DNA from: Erysipelotrichaceae bacterium
GTDB lineage: Bacteria > Bacillota_I > Bacilli_A > Erysipelotrichales > Erysipelotrichaceae
Direction: 5' to 3'
Assembly (NCBI GenBank): GCA_050950925.1
Contig: JBMNIN010000003.1
Span: forward strand, 347,232 to 379,231
DNA: 32,000 bases
In this document: positions 7,457 to 15,682 of the stretch, piece by piece
Numbering within the stretch: position 1 is the stretch's first letter
Layout: the number at the start of each line of letters is the position of its first letter
Program-made: the position numbers and the translations under genes
Notes under the pieces: generated by a model
Databases searched by the model: none
What the model saw: only the letters and a program-made list of their open reading frames with translations
What the model was told of the DNA's origin: nothing

Positions 7457-9461
7457 AAGCCTCTCCATTCACTTTAATTTCTGTTATTTGTTTATCTTTA
7501 TAATAAATCATTTCTATTATTTGTTCTTTCATAACAATCGACCATTTGAAACCATTATCATAGTCTTCTCTTTTAAAATCTCCAAACTGAATCAGTTCTC
7601 GATGTTTTTTATAAAATTCAATCTGCTTTTTAACTTCCTGTAATTCACTTTCAGTTAACAGGTTCAAATTAAGTTCATAACCCAGATTCCCAAAACAGGC
7701 AATGTCAAATCTTGTTTTCAGTGGAACCACTCTGCCGGTCTGATGATTTGGGCAGATTGAAACATGACAGGTATAGCTTGATAAAGGATAACCATAACTG
7801 TAACCGTTTTGCATATTAACCCTGACTATTGCATCAGTATTATCCGAAGCCCATATTTGCGGGAAATAACACAGTTTGCCTAAATCAAAACGGTTTCCTC
7901 CGGCAGAACATCCTTCAAACAGAATGTCAGGAAATTCTTCTACTAATGTAGATATTATTTTATAAAAAGAAATATAGTATCGATGCAATGTTTCTTTCTG
8001 TCTATTTTTAAGGAAAGGTGAATAGACATCAGAAAAAATCCGATTAAAATCCCATTTAACATAAATGACATTGCAGCTGTTGAACACTCTTTTTAAACTG
8101 TTCAGGATATAATCTGACACTTCAGGATTGATAATATCCAAAATCCTCTGGTTTCTTCCCTCACTATGATGTTTCCCTTTTATTTCCATTGCCCAATCGG
8201 GATGGGCACGATATAAATCAGAATCAACATTAACCATTTCAGGTTCAACCCATAAACCAAAATGTAAACCCAGTCCGTTTACTTTATCACATAATCCTTT
8301 CAAACCGGAAGGAAGTTTTTCTTTATTTTCATACCAGTCACCTAATGAACGGTAGTCATCTATTCTTTTTCCAAACCAGCCATCATCCATCACAAATAAT
8401 TCAACGCCTGCTTCTTTTCCCTTTTCAGCAAGTGATAAGAGTTTTTCTTCGTCAATATCAAAATAGGCCGCTTCCCAGCTGTTGAGTAAAACCGGTCTGA
8501 TCTTATTTTTATAATTTCCTCTGATAATATGATTATTGACAAAATAATGCATACTTTTACTGATTCCGTTAAAACCACTGTTACTATAAGTCATTACTGC
8601 TTCCGGTGTTTCAAAGGTTTCGTCTGCACTGATTTCAAATTCAAAGTTTTCACTGTTTATTCCCTGAATTATCCTGGTTCTTTTTAGTTGAGTTGTTTCT
8701 ATACTGCTGTAGTGATTCCCGCTATAAACCAGATTAAAACCATAGCACTCACCTTTTGTTTCGTCAGTATCATCTGAACTCAACATGAAAAAAGGGTTAT
8801 TACGGCTGCTGCTGGTACCTGTGTAAGAGGATATAACATATTTACCGGCATTTAACTTTACCTGCTGTTTATTCATTTCATTGGCCCAGTTGCCAAAAAA
8901 TGAAGTGACAGTAAACGTTTTATCCTGCATATCAATTAAAGAACTATATATTTTTTCCAGTTTTACCGTTTTATTAGAAGAATTGATAAATTTACAGCTT
9001 CTGACTATCACATCACTCTGATAAAAAACACTATAAAATAGCTGAAGTTTCAAATTGTAATATTCATCCGCCAGACTAATCACCAGTTGTCCGTCACAAT
9101 CATAACTGGAAGGTAATGTTTCTAATTTTTTCTTTTTATCAACTATCTCATAACTGTCAAAAATAAAGTCAGAAGTATTACTACCATCATGATTTCTTAC
9201 TACGATTAAAGGTTCCCTTATATCTCCTTTTCCATAACTGGAATATTCCAGAGGAATATCTTCCAGAGCATAGGGAAAATCAATACTGTAATTAACCGTA
9301 TTGCCGGTTGTGTTAATTTTCAGTTTGGACTTTTTATAAATTTCATTATCATACTTACTTCCATAATATAAATGAGCCAGATAACCATTGGCCAATATTT
9401 TAAAAATGTAAGTTGTGTTTCTAGTTTCTAAAATAAAATGGTCTTTTACTTTTTTTATCAT
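7449..9461 (-). CDS. Alpha-galactosidase, glycoside hydrolase family 36
   Basis: 670 aa with the motifs FVMDDGWFGKRIDDYRSLGDW, KWDFNR and CSAGGNRFD, which are characteristic of GH36 melibiases. Confidence 0.9.
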   Translation of the reverse strand: MIKKVKDHFILETRNTTYIFKILANGYLAHLYYGSKYDNEIYKKSKLKINTTGNTVNYSIDFPYALEDIPLEYSSYGKGDIREPLIVVRNHDGSNTSDFIFDSYEIVDKKKKLETLPSSYDCDGQLVISLADEYYNLKLQLFYSVFYQSDVIVRSCKFINSSNKTVKLEKIYSSLIDMQDKTFTVTSFFGNWANEMNKQQVKLNAGKYVISSYTGTSSSRNNPFFMLSSDDTDETKGECYGFNLVYSGNHYSSIETTQLKRTRIIQGINSENFEFEISADETFETPEAVMTYSNSGFNGISKSMHYFVNNHIIRGNYKNKIRPVLLNSWEAAYFDIDEEKLLSLAEKGKEAGVELFVMDDGWFGKRIDDYRSLGDWYENKEKLPSGLKGLCDKVNGLGLHFGLWVEPEMVNVDSDLYRAHPDWAMEIKGKHHSEGRNQRILDIINPEVSDYILNSLKRVFNSCNVIYVKWDFNRIFSDVYSPFLKNRQKETLHRYYISFYKIISTLVEEFPDILFEGCSAGGNRFDLGKLCYFPQIWASDNTDAIVRVNMQNGYSYGYPLSSYTCHVSICPNHQTGRVVPLKTRFDIACFGNLGYELNLNLLTESELQEVKKQIEFYKKHRELIQFGDFKREDYDNGFKWSIVMKEQIIEMIYYKDKQITEIKVNGEAYE

Positions 9462-9583
9462 AATAAATTCCTCTATTCTTTATAATTATAGCACAAAAAA
9501 ACGTTCGAATTATTGTATAGGCAATACAGTAATTCAACGTCTTCTTATCCGTAGCAAATAAAGAAAGTTTTCTTATATTCAAT

Positions 9584-9614
9584 CTGATTAGAAACTTTTA
9601 AAAGTTTTAATCAG
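9584..9614 (-). terminator. AT-rich hairpin downstream of the three-gene operon
   Basis: CTGATTAGAAACTTTT pairs with AAAAGTTTTAATCAG (about 15 bp, one bulge), 14 nt after the stop at 9628. The U tract is weak. Confidence 0.4.
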
Positions 9615-9627
9615 TTATAATTGCTAA

Positions 9628-11529
9628 CTATTCAATATTGCTTTTATTCTCTCTTTTAATTATTTCAAATGGTATATAGTCATATTCCAGAACATCAGGT
9701 CTTGTTTTAACAAGTTTTTCCCAATTACATAAACAACTATGTGTTTTCTTAAATTCCTTATCAGTTTTTTCACCATATTTAAAACCATGTGTAAGCATAA
9801 AATAGCACCAGCGTCTATGTTCCATTTTTTGCAATTCTTCCCTGTCTTCAAGAGTATATACACTATTTTCAATCAGCCACTCCCAGGTTCCTTTCGCCAT
9901 AGCCTGGGCTATACTTGATTCTTTATCAAACAGACTGCGTCTATTCCATATATCTTCTATAGTATTTACATTATTCTTTATCTGTTTTCTGTCATCACTG
10001 CATTTATTATTATAACCTGTATACTCATCATATATTTTTTGATATTCAAAATTAAAAATCTTAGATATATTTTCAATTTCCTGATTGACAAGAGCAGCAT
10101 ATGAGAAAGCATCTTCATTGGAAAAAACCACTTTAGCAGAATCAAATAACGGTTTCATCTTTTCCTTTTCTTGAGAATACATCAGTATCGGAATGTCACA
10201 ATATAAAAATTCTGACGAACACATACTTTGTTTTAAACACGATACTATATCGACAACTGCTTTATCCAGAGCGATTGCCACAAAAATATAATTGAAAGGC
10301 ATTTCCCGATGACAATTATCAAAAACTTTATTAAACTCTATATTATTTACGTCCATTTTCCAAAAACGTATAACGAGCTTTCCATCCATTGAAAAAAGCG
10401 GTGTTTCCTTTTTATAATCCGGGTCAAAAGGAAATAAAAGACGATAGCAGTCAACATCCATTTCTTCAGATATTTTTTCTTTAGTATATTTAAGAGCTTC
10501 AAGAGCATCAGAAGCAAAATTTTTCATAAAAGAATTAATTTCATTTTCAATATTTTTATCAAATACGTCAATCAGTATTGTTGAATCGCTGGACAATATC
10601 GAAACATTCAATGCATGAATCAGAGCACTCTGACCGACTTCTCCAAAACCACATATAGCAACATGTATATCTTTTTTAATGTTTGAATCATTCTGATATG
10701 AATTATCCTGTTTAATCATTTCCTCTGCCGCCTTAAACAATCCTTCAACAGCTTTTTTCTTAGGATTGATGATTTTAATATTATTTTTTAATCTGGAAAT
10801 ATTAGCACTTTCATTGGAAATATTATCTGAAATCAATCCTTCAACATAAGGGTTTTTGCATAAAACATATATTTTCTGTTGCGAATTAAATTCTTTTTTT
10901 TCGTAATATTCTGAAATTAAATTCAGATTATAATAATTTACAAGATCATCACTATCACAAAGCAGGATATTCTTATATCTGTTAATATTTAAAATATTTA
11001 TCAGGTCTTTCAGTTTCATATTTTCTCTATTTTGAATTAAACTGATACCGTTTCGATAATACCAGAGTAAAAGTTCATCATCAACAACAGTATCTTCTAC
11101 AACTGTCAATTTACAGTCTTTTACAAGGGCATTGATAAATTTTTTATAATCGCTCCCTTTTCCAATAATAAGGAATTTATTACCTTTAAATCTCTTGCCA
11201 AAACCAATAATCCAGTTATATGGTTTTTTTATTAACATCAGCAAAAATGTTGCGGTAAAAAAAGGAGTAATGAGCAATGATAAAGCGTAAAAATGCGTCA
11301 ATATCTGAATACAGACATTTCCTTCATTCTCTTTCATAAAACCATAGGCAGCATCCAGACTTATTTCAGGATCAAGTTTTATCGCATTTATTATATTCTG
11401 TATGTTCAAATAGATTCTAAAATGGATGTCTTCAACATTGCTGTAATAAATCCACCCCTCCAATGCTAAAACAACAAATATACTAACAGTTACTACTAAA
11501 ATAATAAATTTAAAACCAAATCTTTTCAT
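9628..11529 (-). CDS. Membrane protein: 2 TM helices + two Rossmann/KTN-like modules + C-terminal RyR-like domain
   Basis: TM1 at aa 7-27 and TM2 at about aa 72-100. FLIIGKGSDY (aa 119-128) and VAICGFGEVGQSALIHAL (GxGxxG, aa 294-299). The C-terminus EHRRWCYFMLTHGFKYG...THSCLCNWEKL...EYDYIP matches the RyR-repeat pattern (HERW...GW.YG...HP.LVPW.EL). Confidence 0.6.
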   Translation of the reverse strand: MKRFGFKFIILVVTVSIFVVLALEGWIYYSNVEDIHFRIYLNIQNIINAIKLDPEISLDAAYGFMKENEGNVCIQILTHFYALSLLITPFFTATFLLMLIKKPYNWIIGFGKRFKGNKFLIIGKGSDYKKFINALVKDCKLTVVEDTVVDDELLLWYYRNGISLIQNRENMKLKDLINILNINRYKNILLCDSDDLVNYYNLNLISEYYEKKEFNSQQKIYVLCKNPYVEGLISDNISNESANISRLKNNIKIINPKKKAVEGLFKAAEEMIKQDNSYQNDSNIKKDIHVAICGFGEVGQSALIHALNVSILSSDSTILIDVFDKNIENEINSFMKNFASDALEALKYTKEKISEEMDVDCYRLLFPFDPDYKKETPLFSMDGKLVIRFWKMDVNNIEFNKVFDNCHREMPFNYIFVAIALDKAVVDIVSCLKQSMCSSEFLYCDIPILMYSQEKEKMKPLFDSAKVVFSNEDAFSYAALVNQEIENISKIFNFEYQKIYDEYTGYNNKCSDDRKQIKNNVNTIEDIWNRRSLFDKESSIAQAMAKGTWEWLIENSVYTLEDREELQKMEHRRWCYFMLTHGFKYGEKTDKEFKKTHSCLCNWEKLVKTRPDVLEYDYIPFEIIKRENKSNIE

Positions 11530-11576
11530 CGTTCTTCATTCCTTTTCTGCAAAACATTTAATATAAATCTATTATA

Positions 11577-12473
11577 TTATATAAGCTTGCGAGTACCTTT
11601 TTCTATATAAGCTAAAATGTCAGCACTTCTAATTTTTTGTGAATCTGTCTGTGACAACTCAGATAATGATTCTAAAGACACCCATTTAAATTCAAAAATA
11701 TCTGATTCAGCAGTTACATCATTATTTAACAGTTCACCATTATATAGCATAATAAACTCCTGACGAACCTCACCATCTGAGTAGACAAATCTGATGTCCG
11801 GATTAGTATAAATTCCTATAACATCTCTGACTCTTATATCAAGACCGCTTTTTTCTTTCACTCCCCTTATTGCACATTCGATAATACTTTCACCACATTT
11901 CATTGTGCAACCTGGCAGCATCCATTGGTTTAAGTCTTTGGGTTTTAACATCAGCAATTCATGCTTTGAATTAATAACAGCAATTTCAGTGGCAGGTTTT
12001 ATCGAGTTAGCTTCGGGAGCTTCATTTTGAAAATAGTATTCTTTTTTTAAAACTCTCATTTTTTCTTCCAGCCAGACCAGCTGTTCATCGCTGATTACCA
12101 CTGTTTTTTTATCGTTTATTGAAGGAACTTTTATAAATAAAAGCGTCGTTCCAGCTGCAACTCTCTGGGCATATGAAGTATCAGGTTCTATGGCATAAAA
12201 ATCACCCTTTTTAAACTCATAAATCTCACCAGTTTCAACATTCATGTATTCAGTCCAGCCGCTGATAATATACTGATATTCTGTAGCAACATCATGAACG
12301 TGCGCTGTTTCTGACTGACCGTCTGAATAACTTGAAATTCCAATCTCCAGTCTGTCATCGCGAATAAAAGTAATCTGTTGCGGTCTGGACAGATTTCCGA
12401 CAAAATACTGCCTGGTTGTGCTTTTTAGCACATCCGTAATATCTGAATTTTCGATTCTGATAATTTTTCCCAT
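11577..12473 (-). CDS. Cupin-Nudix fusion protein with a degenerate Nudix box
   Basis: aa 52-72 (GQSETAHVHDVATEYQYIISG) fit cupin motif 1, G(X)5HXH(X)4E(X)6G, exactly. aa 189-211 (CTMKCGESIIECAIRGVKEKSGL) align to the Nudix box GX5EX7REUXEEXGU with G1->C, E16->G and E20->K. An AAGGAG SD lies 17 nt after the upstream stop. Confidence 0.65.
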   Translation of the reverse strand: MGKIIRIENSDITDVLKSTTRQYFVGNLSRPQQITFIRDDRLEIGISSYSDGQSETAHVHDVATEYQYIISGWTEYMNVETGEIYEFKKGDFYAIEPDTSYAQRVAAGTTLLFIKVPSINDKKTVVISDEQLVWLEEKMRVLKKEYYFQNEAPEANSIKPATEIAVINSKHELLMLKPKDLNQWMLPGCTMKCGESIIECAIRGVKEKSGLDIRVRDVIGIYTNPDIRFVYSDGEVRQEFIMLYNGELLNNDVTAESDIFEFKWVSLESLSELSQTDSQKIRSADILAYIEKGTRKLI

Positions 12474-12490
12474 TACTCATTTCTCCTTTT

Positions 12491-15478
12491 CTAAACAAAG
12501 TATAGTTTTAAATAATTGTTTGTACCATTACAAAGTTCTTCTATTGATTCAACACAAGAGCCAAAATGCATTATTTTTGCCCGACTGATTGCTTCACTGC
12601 ATGCCACTGAAATCGGTGCAGTTCCTATTTTGCTTTCACAGGCCCCCAGTAAAGACTGACTCATTATAAGTCCCCAATCTTGTTTAATCTCTTCGTATAT
12701 TGCTCTAGCCCTTGAGGCAAAATCCATGGCCCCCATTACATCATTCAGTTTAAAATGAACATTCGCTATACCTAAATTAGCGTGTGCTATCCATCCCGGA
12801 ATCCCCTTTACAGTAGCATATCTTAGTGCATCAGAATAATATTTCAAAGCTTCGTCTTCTTTAGCATGCATACAGGTATAAATTGTTGCCAGAGTGCACG
12901 TCAGATATGCATCATATCGGGTCTTAATAGGAGCACGATTTTTAATCTCCTCAGGAATCAGTGCTAATGCCATATCGTAATTATTGTTTCTATAATGATA
13001 TTCACATAATTTTCTGATATTTCTTTTTTTGTAATCCATCAGATTATATTGAGATGCATATTCTTCAGAAATCATTAACCACTGTAAAGAATTGTCCCAT
13101 TCGCCAGAAAGAGCATATTTGCCACCAATAAAAAACAGTAATTCATAATAAGGTTTAGGATAGTTTTTACCTATCTTTGCATATAACGAAAGGGCTTCTT
13201 CAATAACCTTATTTACAGGGCGATAAAAAGCGGAGTGATGCAGACATCTTACTTTGAGCATTAATAGAAACTCATTATTATTGATGGTTTCAAAATCATA
13301 CTGTGACAGATAATTATCAATTATATCCACTGCTTCCCTATATCTGCCGGACCGATGCACAATATCAACATATATAGAAAGGGCTTCCTTATCAAAATCA
13401 GTAATCTCATATTTTTCTTTAGCCATCTCAAATATCCATAATAGAAAATCAGTATTTCCTTCTCTTTGAAGTTTGTGTAGAAAATCATTACGTTTTTCAG
13501 ATTCCCAAAATGCCTGAAGCAATTCGGAATTATTCCAATTTATCGGAAATTGTCGCCACACTTTCCAGTACGGGTCTAATTTATCTTTCTTAGAAAGTAG
13601 AAATTCTTCAAGTTCAATATACTTTCCTGACGCAATATAATAGCCGCCAATATGATTTTTAATATAATTTTGAAGTAACATATTATCAACTGCTTCATCA
13701 TTTATCCGAAAGCAATTTTCTATTAATTTTCTGCAGTGACGAGCCAGCTTTAATGCTCCTTTCTGATAATCCACATAAAATTCTCCGCTCTGTTTACTGT
13801 TAGTAAACCAGTCTTTAACAGACTTATGTGAAAAACTCAGCAAAAAAAGCCCTGATTCTTCATAACGATTTACCCAGGAACCAAGCTTGTCCAGATAGAC
13901 AATAAAAGTATACTGATTGTATCCGCAAGCTGTATGAACCAATTCTTCAGGTATAGTATCAGAAATAGATAATAACTCTAAAATCCCTCTCAACTCAACA
14001 AACGACTCTTGAACAGGGAACTTTCTTTCCATTGACTTGCGATAAAAACCTGCTAAACCTTTTGGATAAGAATCAATTTCACTCAATTTGATACTTCCAT
14101 TTTTTATATCTGCAACCAGTAATTCGGCATATAGAAAAATCCCATCACTTAATTCAGATATTTTTGTTATTATTTCGATGAAATTTGATGTCTTATCGTA
14201 TTCATCTTTAAGCGCCTTTGTCAGATAAGCCAGAATGTCATTATAGTTTTCTGGCATATCTTCTATGATATCTATAACATCATAGGTCTGGAAATACTTG
14301 CTGACGTTTTTTTCCTGACGACTTGTAAAAATAAATTTAATCCAGCGAGGTAATCTATCAACACACCTTGCAAAAACACTGGCTAAAGGATTATCTCCAT
14401 CACTTTCCGCTTCATCCAGTCCGTCCACAATTATAATACCTGTTTCGCGATTACCGTCTACAAGGTTTGATAAAGGATACGTCAGAAGAAAATCAAATAG
14501 TGTTTCAGAATTCATTTCATCGAGACTATCTTCCAACTCTAACTGATGTAATAATAATCGTCTGTAATCCTGGATTTTAGTCGCCAGTCTGAAAGCTATA
14601 GTCTTTATCAGACTATTTGGGTTAGTAGTATTTTCCCGATTCCATTCACATAAAAAACAACCATAAACATAATGATTATAATGCGAGAAATTAACACTGA
14701 ATGCACTTTTGCCACTACCTGGACGTCCATACAGCATCAGTGCCTTTGTTGACTTATTTTCATACCAGTTACTGATATAATCTTCCAGCCATCCCCTCTT
14801 CTGAAAATCCTTTGAAAGTAGTTCTCTCTTTTTATTTGAGTCAGGATAAGGAGCAAGTTTTGTTTCCAGAATCTTAATATCACCACTCAATTCATGTGAT
14901 TTTTTTGATTCAATCACCTGACATAATTCAGCAAACTTTTCACTGTACCATTTTTCAAATTCGGTTTCAGAATTTTTTTTGATTTCATACCAGTCGCTCA
15001 TATCAAGCCATTGAATATTCGAAATTGTAATTGGGGGTTTAATTCTATTTTCTGATTCCAAAAGGACTGTTTTGATATTTGCTCCTGCTACACTGACCGC
15101 AATTTTCAATTCATCTAAACATACACCAGGATTTCGTGTTGAATGTTCGGACAAAAATGCAATAATACCTGACACACTCAGAATGCCGTTGAGTATTTCT
15201 TCCCGCCAGTGATTTCCTGCTTTTATTTCACTGGTATCAATCCATATATAATGACCTCTTTTTTCCAGGTCACGCTTTATACGTTCAACAAGCACACTGT
15301 TTCTATCGTGTCCATAACTAAAAAAAAGTTTGAGGCCTCCATCATCATTACAGTTCTGCTTTTTAAAATCCAGAATTTGCTGTTCTGTAAAGGTTCTATC
15401 ACAATCCTCACAAACAAATCTCTTTCCTTTTTTGCTATAATAAACATTTTCAGAGCCACAATGTAGACACTTTTCCAT
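12491..15478 (-). CDS. Zn-ribbon + TIR + STAND (NACHT-like) P-loop NTPase + TPR-like repeat protein (bacterial NLR-like)
   Basis: CxxC...CxxC at C4/C7/C23/C26. TIR_2-type signature LFFSYGHD (aa 51-58) and CLDEL with candidate catalytic E123. Walker A GRPGSGKS (aa 251-258) and Walker B IIIVDGLDEAE (aa 348-358). The helical repeat-rich C-terminus covers about aa 640-995. A GGAGGTG-like SD precedes the start. Confidence 0.8.
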   Translation of the reverse strand: MEKCLHCGSENVYYSKKGKRFVCEDCDRTFTEQQILDFKKQNCNDDGGLKLFFSYGHDRNSVLVERIKRDLEKRGHYIWIDTSEIKAGNHWREEILNGILSVSGIIAFLSEHSTRNPGVCLDELKIAVSVAGANIKTVLLESENRIKPPITISNIQWLDMSDWYEIKKNSETEFEKWYSEKFAELCQVIESKKSHELSGDIKILETKLAPYPDSNKKRELLSKDFQKRGWLEDYISNWYENKSTKALMLYGRPGSGKSAFSVNFSHYNHYVYGCFLCEWNRENTTNPNSLIKTIAFRLATKIQDYRRLLLHQLELEDSLDEMNSETLFDFLLTYPLSNLVDGNRETGIIIVDGLDEAESDGDNPLASVFARCVDRLPRWIKFIFTSRQEKNVSKYFQTYDVIDIIEDMPENYNDILAYLTKALKDEYDKTSNFIEIITKISELSDGIFLYAELLVADIKNGSIKLSEIDSYPKGLAGFYRKSMERKFPVQESFVELRGILELLSISDTIPEELVHTACGYNQYTFIVYLDKLGSWVNRYEESGLFLLSFSHKSVKDWFTNSKQSGEFYVDYQKGALKLARHCRKLIENCFRINDEAVDNMLLQNYIKNHIGGYYIASGKYIELEEFLLSKKDKLDPYWKVWRQFPINWNNSELLQAFWESEKRNDFLHKLQREGNTDFLLWIFEMAKEKYEITDFDKEALSIYVDIVHRSGRYREAVDIIDNYLSQYDFETINNNEFLLMLKVRCLHHSAFYRPVNKVIEEALSLYAKIGKNYPKPYYELLFFIGGKYALSGEWDNSLQWLMISEEYASQYNLMDYKKRNIRKLCEYHYRNNNYDMALALIPEEIKNRAPIKTRYDAYLTCTLATIYTCMHAKEDEALKYYSDALRYATVKGIPGWIAHANLGIANVHFKLNDVMGAMDFASRARAIYEEIKQDWGLIMSQSLLGACESKIGTAPISVACSEAISRAKIMHFGSCVESIEELCNGTNNYLKLYFV

Positions 15479-15653
15479 ACTCCCACCTCAACTGTCATTG
15501 ATTTATATTATTTTATTATTAATTTGCCCGGCATTGTATATTCTTGCTTTTTATTACTACCTAATATTAAGAATTAAACTGATTTTTTAATACACTGACA
15601 GGTAGAATATACATCAAAATGGCCCAAAACAAAGAGTTCTGCAACGGAATTAA

Positions 15654-15682
15654 TTATAAAATACAAAAACATATACGTCAAG
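15654..15682 (-). promoter_or_regulatory. Near-consensus promoter TTGACG-17-TATAAT for the TIR-STAND operon
   Basis: On the minus strand the -35 is plus 15677-15682, the spacer is 17 nt, and the -10 is plus 15654-15659. This implies a 5' leader of about 170 nt before the ATG at 15478. Confidence 0.55.

Noticed and set aside
9514-9528. Dyad TGTAT-AGGCA-ATACA upstream of the alpha-galactosidase gene as a cre/CcpA or LacI-type operator
   Set aside because: The odd-length 15-mer does not fit the 14-nt cre consensus TGWNANCGNTNWCA, no LacI-family regulator gene is adjacent, and such a dyad could arise by chance in AT-rich DNA.
11320-11360. Possible K+ channel selectivity filter in the loop between the two TM helices of the KTN-RyR protein (aa 58-64, LDAAYGF)
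   Set aside because: It only loosely resembles T-V-G-Y-G-D: the Thr/Val positions and the terminal Asp are absent. I keep the channel idea as architecture-level speculation only.
15209-15498. Track ORFs 15209..15466(+) and 15277..15498(-) near the start of the TIR gene
   Set aside because: They overlap the TIR-STAND CDS in alternative frames. The 15478 ATG has a strong SD and yields the Zn-ribbon/TIR motifs, while the alternatives have none.
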